Assembly (NCBI GenBank): GCA_037916615.1
Contig: JBAIXM010000051.1
Location: 10,228 to 74,227, forward strand
Direction of reading: 5' to 3'
DNA length: 64,000 nucleotides
Origin: Bryobacterales bacterium
Lineage (GTDB): Bacteria > Acidobacteriota > Terriglobia > Bryobacterales > Bryobacteraceae
The notes under the pieces are model-generated. The model saw only the letters and a list, made by a program, of their open reading frames with translations, did no database searches and was not told where the DNA came from. A program made the position numbers and the translations under genes. Position 1 is the first letter of the stretch. Every line of letters starts with the position of its first letter. This document shows, in pieces, positions 62,472-64,000 of the stretch.

Positions 62472-62897
62472 TCAACTCACGAGCGTCGCGCTTAACGTGA
62501 TGTTCGTGTTGTAAAGCTTCGAAACGGGGCAACCGGATTTCGCGGCCTGTGTTGCTTTGTCGAACGCCTCGCGGCTCGCTCCGGGAACTTTGGCCTTCAA
62601 CTCCAGATGGCTTTCGGTGATGCCGAACCCGCCCTCTGTCTTATCCAAGGTAATGGTGCAGGTGGTATCGAGGCTTTCGGCCTTGAATCCGGCCTGCGCG
62701 AGCTGGTTCGAAAGCGCCATGGTGAAGCAGCCTGCATGCGCGGCCGCCAGAAGTTCTTCCGGGTTGGTGCCCTGTCCCTGCTCGAAACGGCTGTGGAACG
62801 AGTAAGGGACATTCGCTAAAGTCCCGCTCGCCATCGAGATCGTTCCGGCGCCGGACTTGAGATCGCCTTGCCATTTCGCATGCGCGGTTCGCTGCAT
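62472..62897 (-). CDS. osmC: OsmC-family peroxiredoxin
   Basis: Start ATG 62897 preceded by GGAGGAAC. MQRTAHAKWQGDLKSGAGT..., two conserved Cys (HAGCFTM, SGCPVSK). Its stop abuts the ADOP stop (convergent, 0 nt gap). Confidence 0.9.
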   Translation of the reverse strand: MQRTAHAKWQGDLKSGAGTISMASGTLANVPYSFHSRFEQGQGTNPEELLAAAHAGCFTMALSNQLAQAGFKAESLDTTCTITLDKTEGGFGITESHLELKAKVPGASREAFDKATQAAKSGCPVSKLYNTNITLSATLVS

Positions 62898-62939
62898 GGT
62901 GTTCCTCCTGTATCCATTCTCACGGATATACTCATTCCC

Positions 62940-63350
62940 ATGACCCGCGACGAGCTTGTGCCGTTTCCGCAAAAACACCGGCTGGGGATCCAGTCAAGTG
63001 TGTCCCCTACAGGGGAGCCACAAGCCGCGGTCGTGGGCATTGCAATCACGCCCGAACTCGAGATTGTTTTTGACACCGTCGACAGCACACGCCAATGCCG
63101 CAATCTTCGCGCCAACCCAAAAATCGCGTTGGTGATCGGATGGGACGACGAGGTCACAGTGCAGATCGAAGGAATCGCGGACGAGCCGCAAGGTGCCGAG
63201 CGCGACCGGATTCTGGAAACGTACTTTGCCGTATATTCCGATGGGCAGGATCGCCTCAAATGGGCGGGTATCACGCACATTCGGGTTCGCCCCACCTGGA
63301 TCCGCTACAGCGATTTCCGCGTTCCCCAACAGATCGTCGAATTCGCATAG
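62940..63350 (+). CDS. pyridoxamine 5'-phosphate oxidase-family (FMN-binding split barrel) protein
   Basis: ATG 62940. ...GEPQAAVVGIAITPELEIVFDT...SRQCRNLRANPKIALVIGWDDEVTVQIEG... Typical PNPOx-like small protein. Confidence 0.75.
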   Translation: MTRDELVPFPQKHRLGIQSSVSPTGEPQAAVVGIAITPELEIVFDTVDSTRQCRNLRANPKIALVIGWDDEVTVQIEGIADEPQGAERDRILETYFAVYSDGQDRLKWAGITHIRVRPTWIRYSDFRVPQQIVEFA

Positions 63351-63361
63351 AATTGTTGGGC

Positions 63362-64000
63362 ATGTTACGGCGCGAATTTCTGGCGGGGTTTGCGTGCACG
63401 CTGGCAAGAGCGGCGGCTCCGCCGCATCGCATCGACGTCCATCATCACTTGTTTCCGCCCGCGTATCGTACGGCGATCGGAAGCCAGGCGGCGGCGCTCC
63501 CGGCCTGGTCTCCCATGCAGTCGATCGAGGAGATGGACAAGGGCGGAATCGCGACGGCGGTCTTGTCCCTGAGCTCGCCGGGAATCTGGTTTGGAGACGC
63601 CGAGCAGGCCCGCAAACTGGCCAGAATCGTCAACGATTATGGAGCCGTGACGGCCAAGGATCATCGCGGCCGGTTCGGGTTGTTCGCCGCGCTGCCCTTG
63701 CCCGACATTAAGGGCAGCTTGCGCGAAATCGAGTACGCGCTCGACACGCTCAAAGCCGACGGCATCGGGCTGTTTACCAGCTACGGCGATAAATGGCTTG
63801 GCGACGCCTCGTTTGCGCCCGTGTGGTCCGAGCTGAACCGGCGCAAAGCGGTGGTCTACACGCATCCGATCACGCCTGCCTGCTGCGGGAGTCTGCATAA
63901 CGAAGTTCCCGCGGTGATGATCGAATGGGCGACGGACACGACCCGCACGATCGCGAGCCTGTTGTACAGCGGAACAGCCGCAAAGTATCCGGATGTCCGC
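63362..64000 (+). CDS. amidohydrolase-2 (ACMSD-like decarboxylase/hydrolase) family protein, partial (runs off window end)
   Basis: ATG 63362. MLRREFLAGFACTLARAAAPPHRIDVHHHLFPPAYR...GIGLFTSYGDKWLGD...VVYTHP. The frame is open to 64000, which is why it is absent from the ORF track. Track ORF 63193..63711 is a different, Arg-rich frame. Confidence 0.75.
   Translation, partial: MLRREFLAGFACTLARAAAPPHRIDVHHHLFPPAYRTAIGSQAAALPAWSPMQSIEEMDKGGIATAVLSLSSPGIWFGDAEQARKLARIVNDYGAVTAKDHRGRFGLFAALPLPDIKGSLREIEYALDTLKADGIGLFTSYGDKWLGDASFAPVWSELNRRKAVVYTHPITPACCGSLHNEVPAVMIEWATDTTRTIASLLYSGTAAKYPDVR

Noticed and set aside
63193-63711. 172-aa plus-strand ORF
   Set aside because: Arg/Gly-rich. The neighbouring frame, starting at ATG 63362, encodes a recognisable amidohydrolase-2 protein (IDVHHHLFPP) that stays open to the window end.
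1-64000. CRISPR arrays, rRNA operons, IS elements, large inverted or direct repeats
   Set aside because: None seen. The only nucleotide-level repeats noted are short (13-bp tandem at 57378, 8-bp direct at 19296, hairpins). The similarity between the two ADOP genes is at the protein level, with diverged DNA.

Overview
High-GC (roughly 60%+) chromosomal segment that looks acidobacterial: a PadR regulator is coupled to duplicated orphan MacB/FtsX permeases (ADOP type), and there are many secreted proteins of unknown function. Coding density is very high. I found no rRNA, CRISPR array, transposase or integrase. The only RNA gene is tRNA-Leu(UAG). Many long ORFs in the six-frame track are antisense shadows of real genes or false 5' extensions. 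I moved several starts inward (rfbD, hpnD, hpnG, shc, acyl-CoA dehydrogenase, OsmC and others). The main landmark is a tightly packed minus-strand hopanoid operon (20.3-29.9 kb): ispH-shc-hpnH-hpnA-hpnG-[two Zn alcohol dehydrogenases]-hpnC-hpnD, with no hpnE. Other content: two OmpR/NarL-type two-component systems and a hybrid kinase, RNase J, split transketolase, an amidase preceded by a coupled mini-ORF, five FtsX-family permease genes with no ABC ATPase, and a glpF/glcG/fdhA group. At 46-55 kb lies an accessory-looking block: three divergent paralogs of an uncharacterised secreted two-Cys protein, arranged around a TrxC-like thioredoxin, an SBP, an MFS transporter, a DUF6152-like protein, a dihaem cytochrome c fusion and a Tat-exported beta-propeller with a Gly-rich insert. 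The two leads I rate highest are the ADH pair inside the hopanoid operon (candidate for the unassigned ribosylhopane reductase step) and the three-paralog secreted-protein cluster. All functional calls rest on motif recognition by eye; no searches were run.
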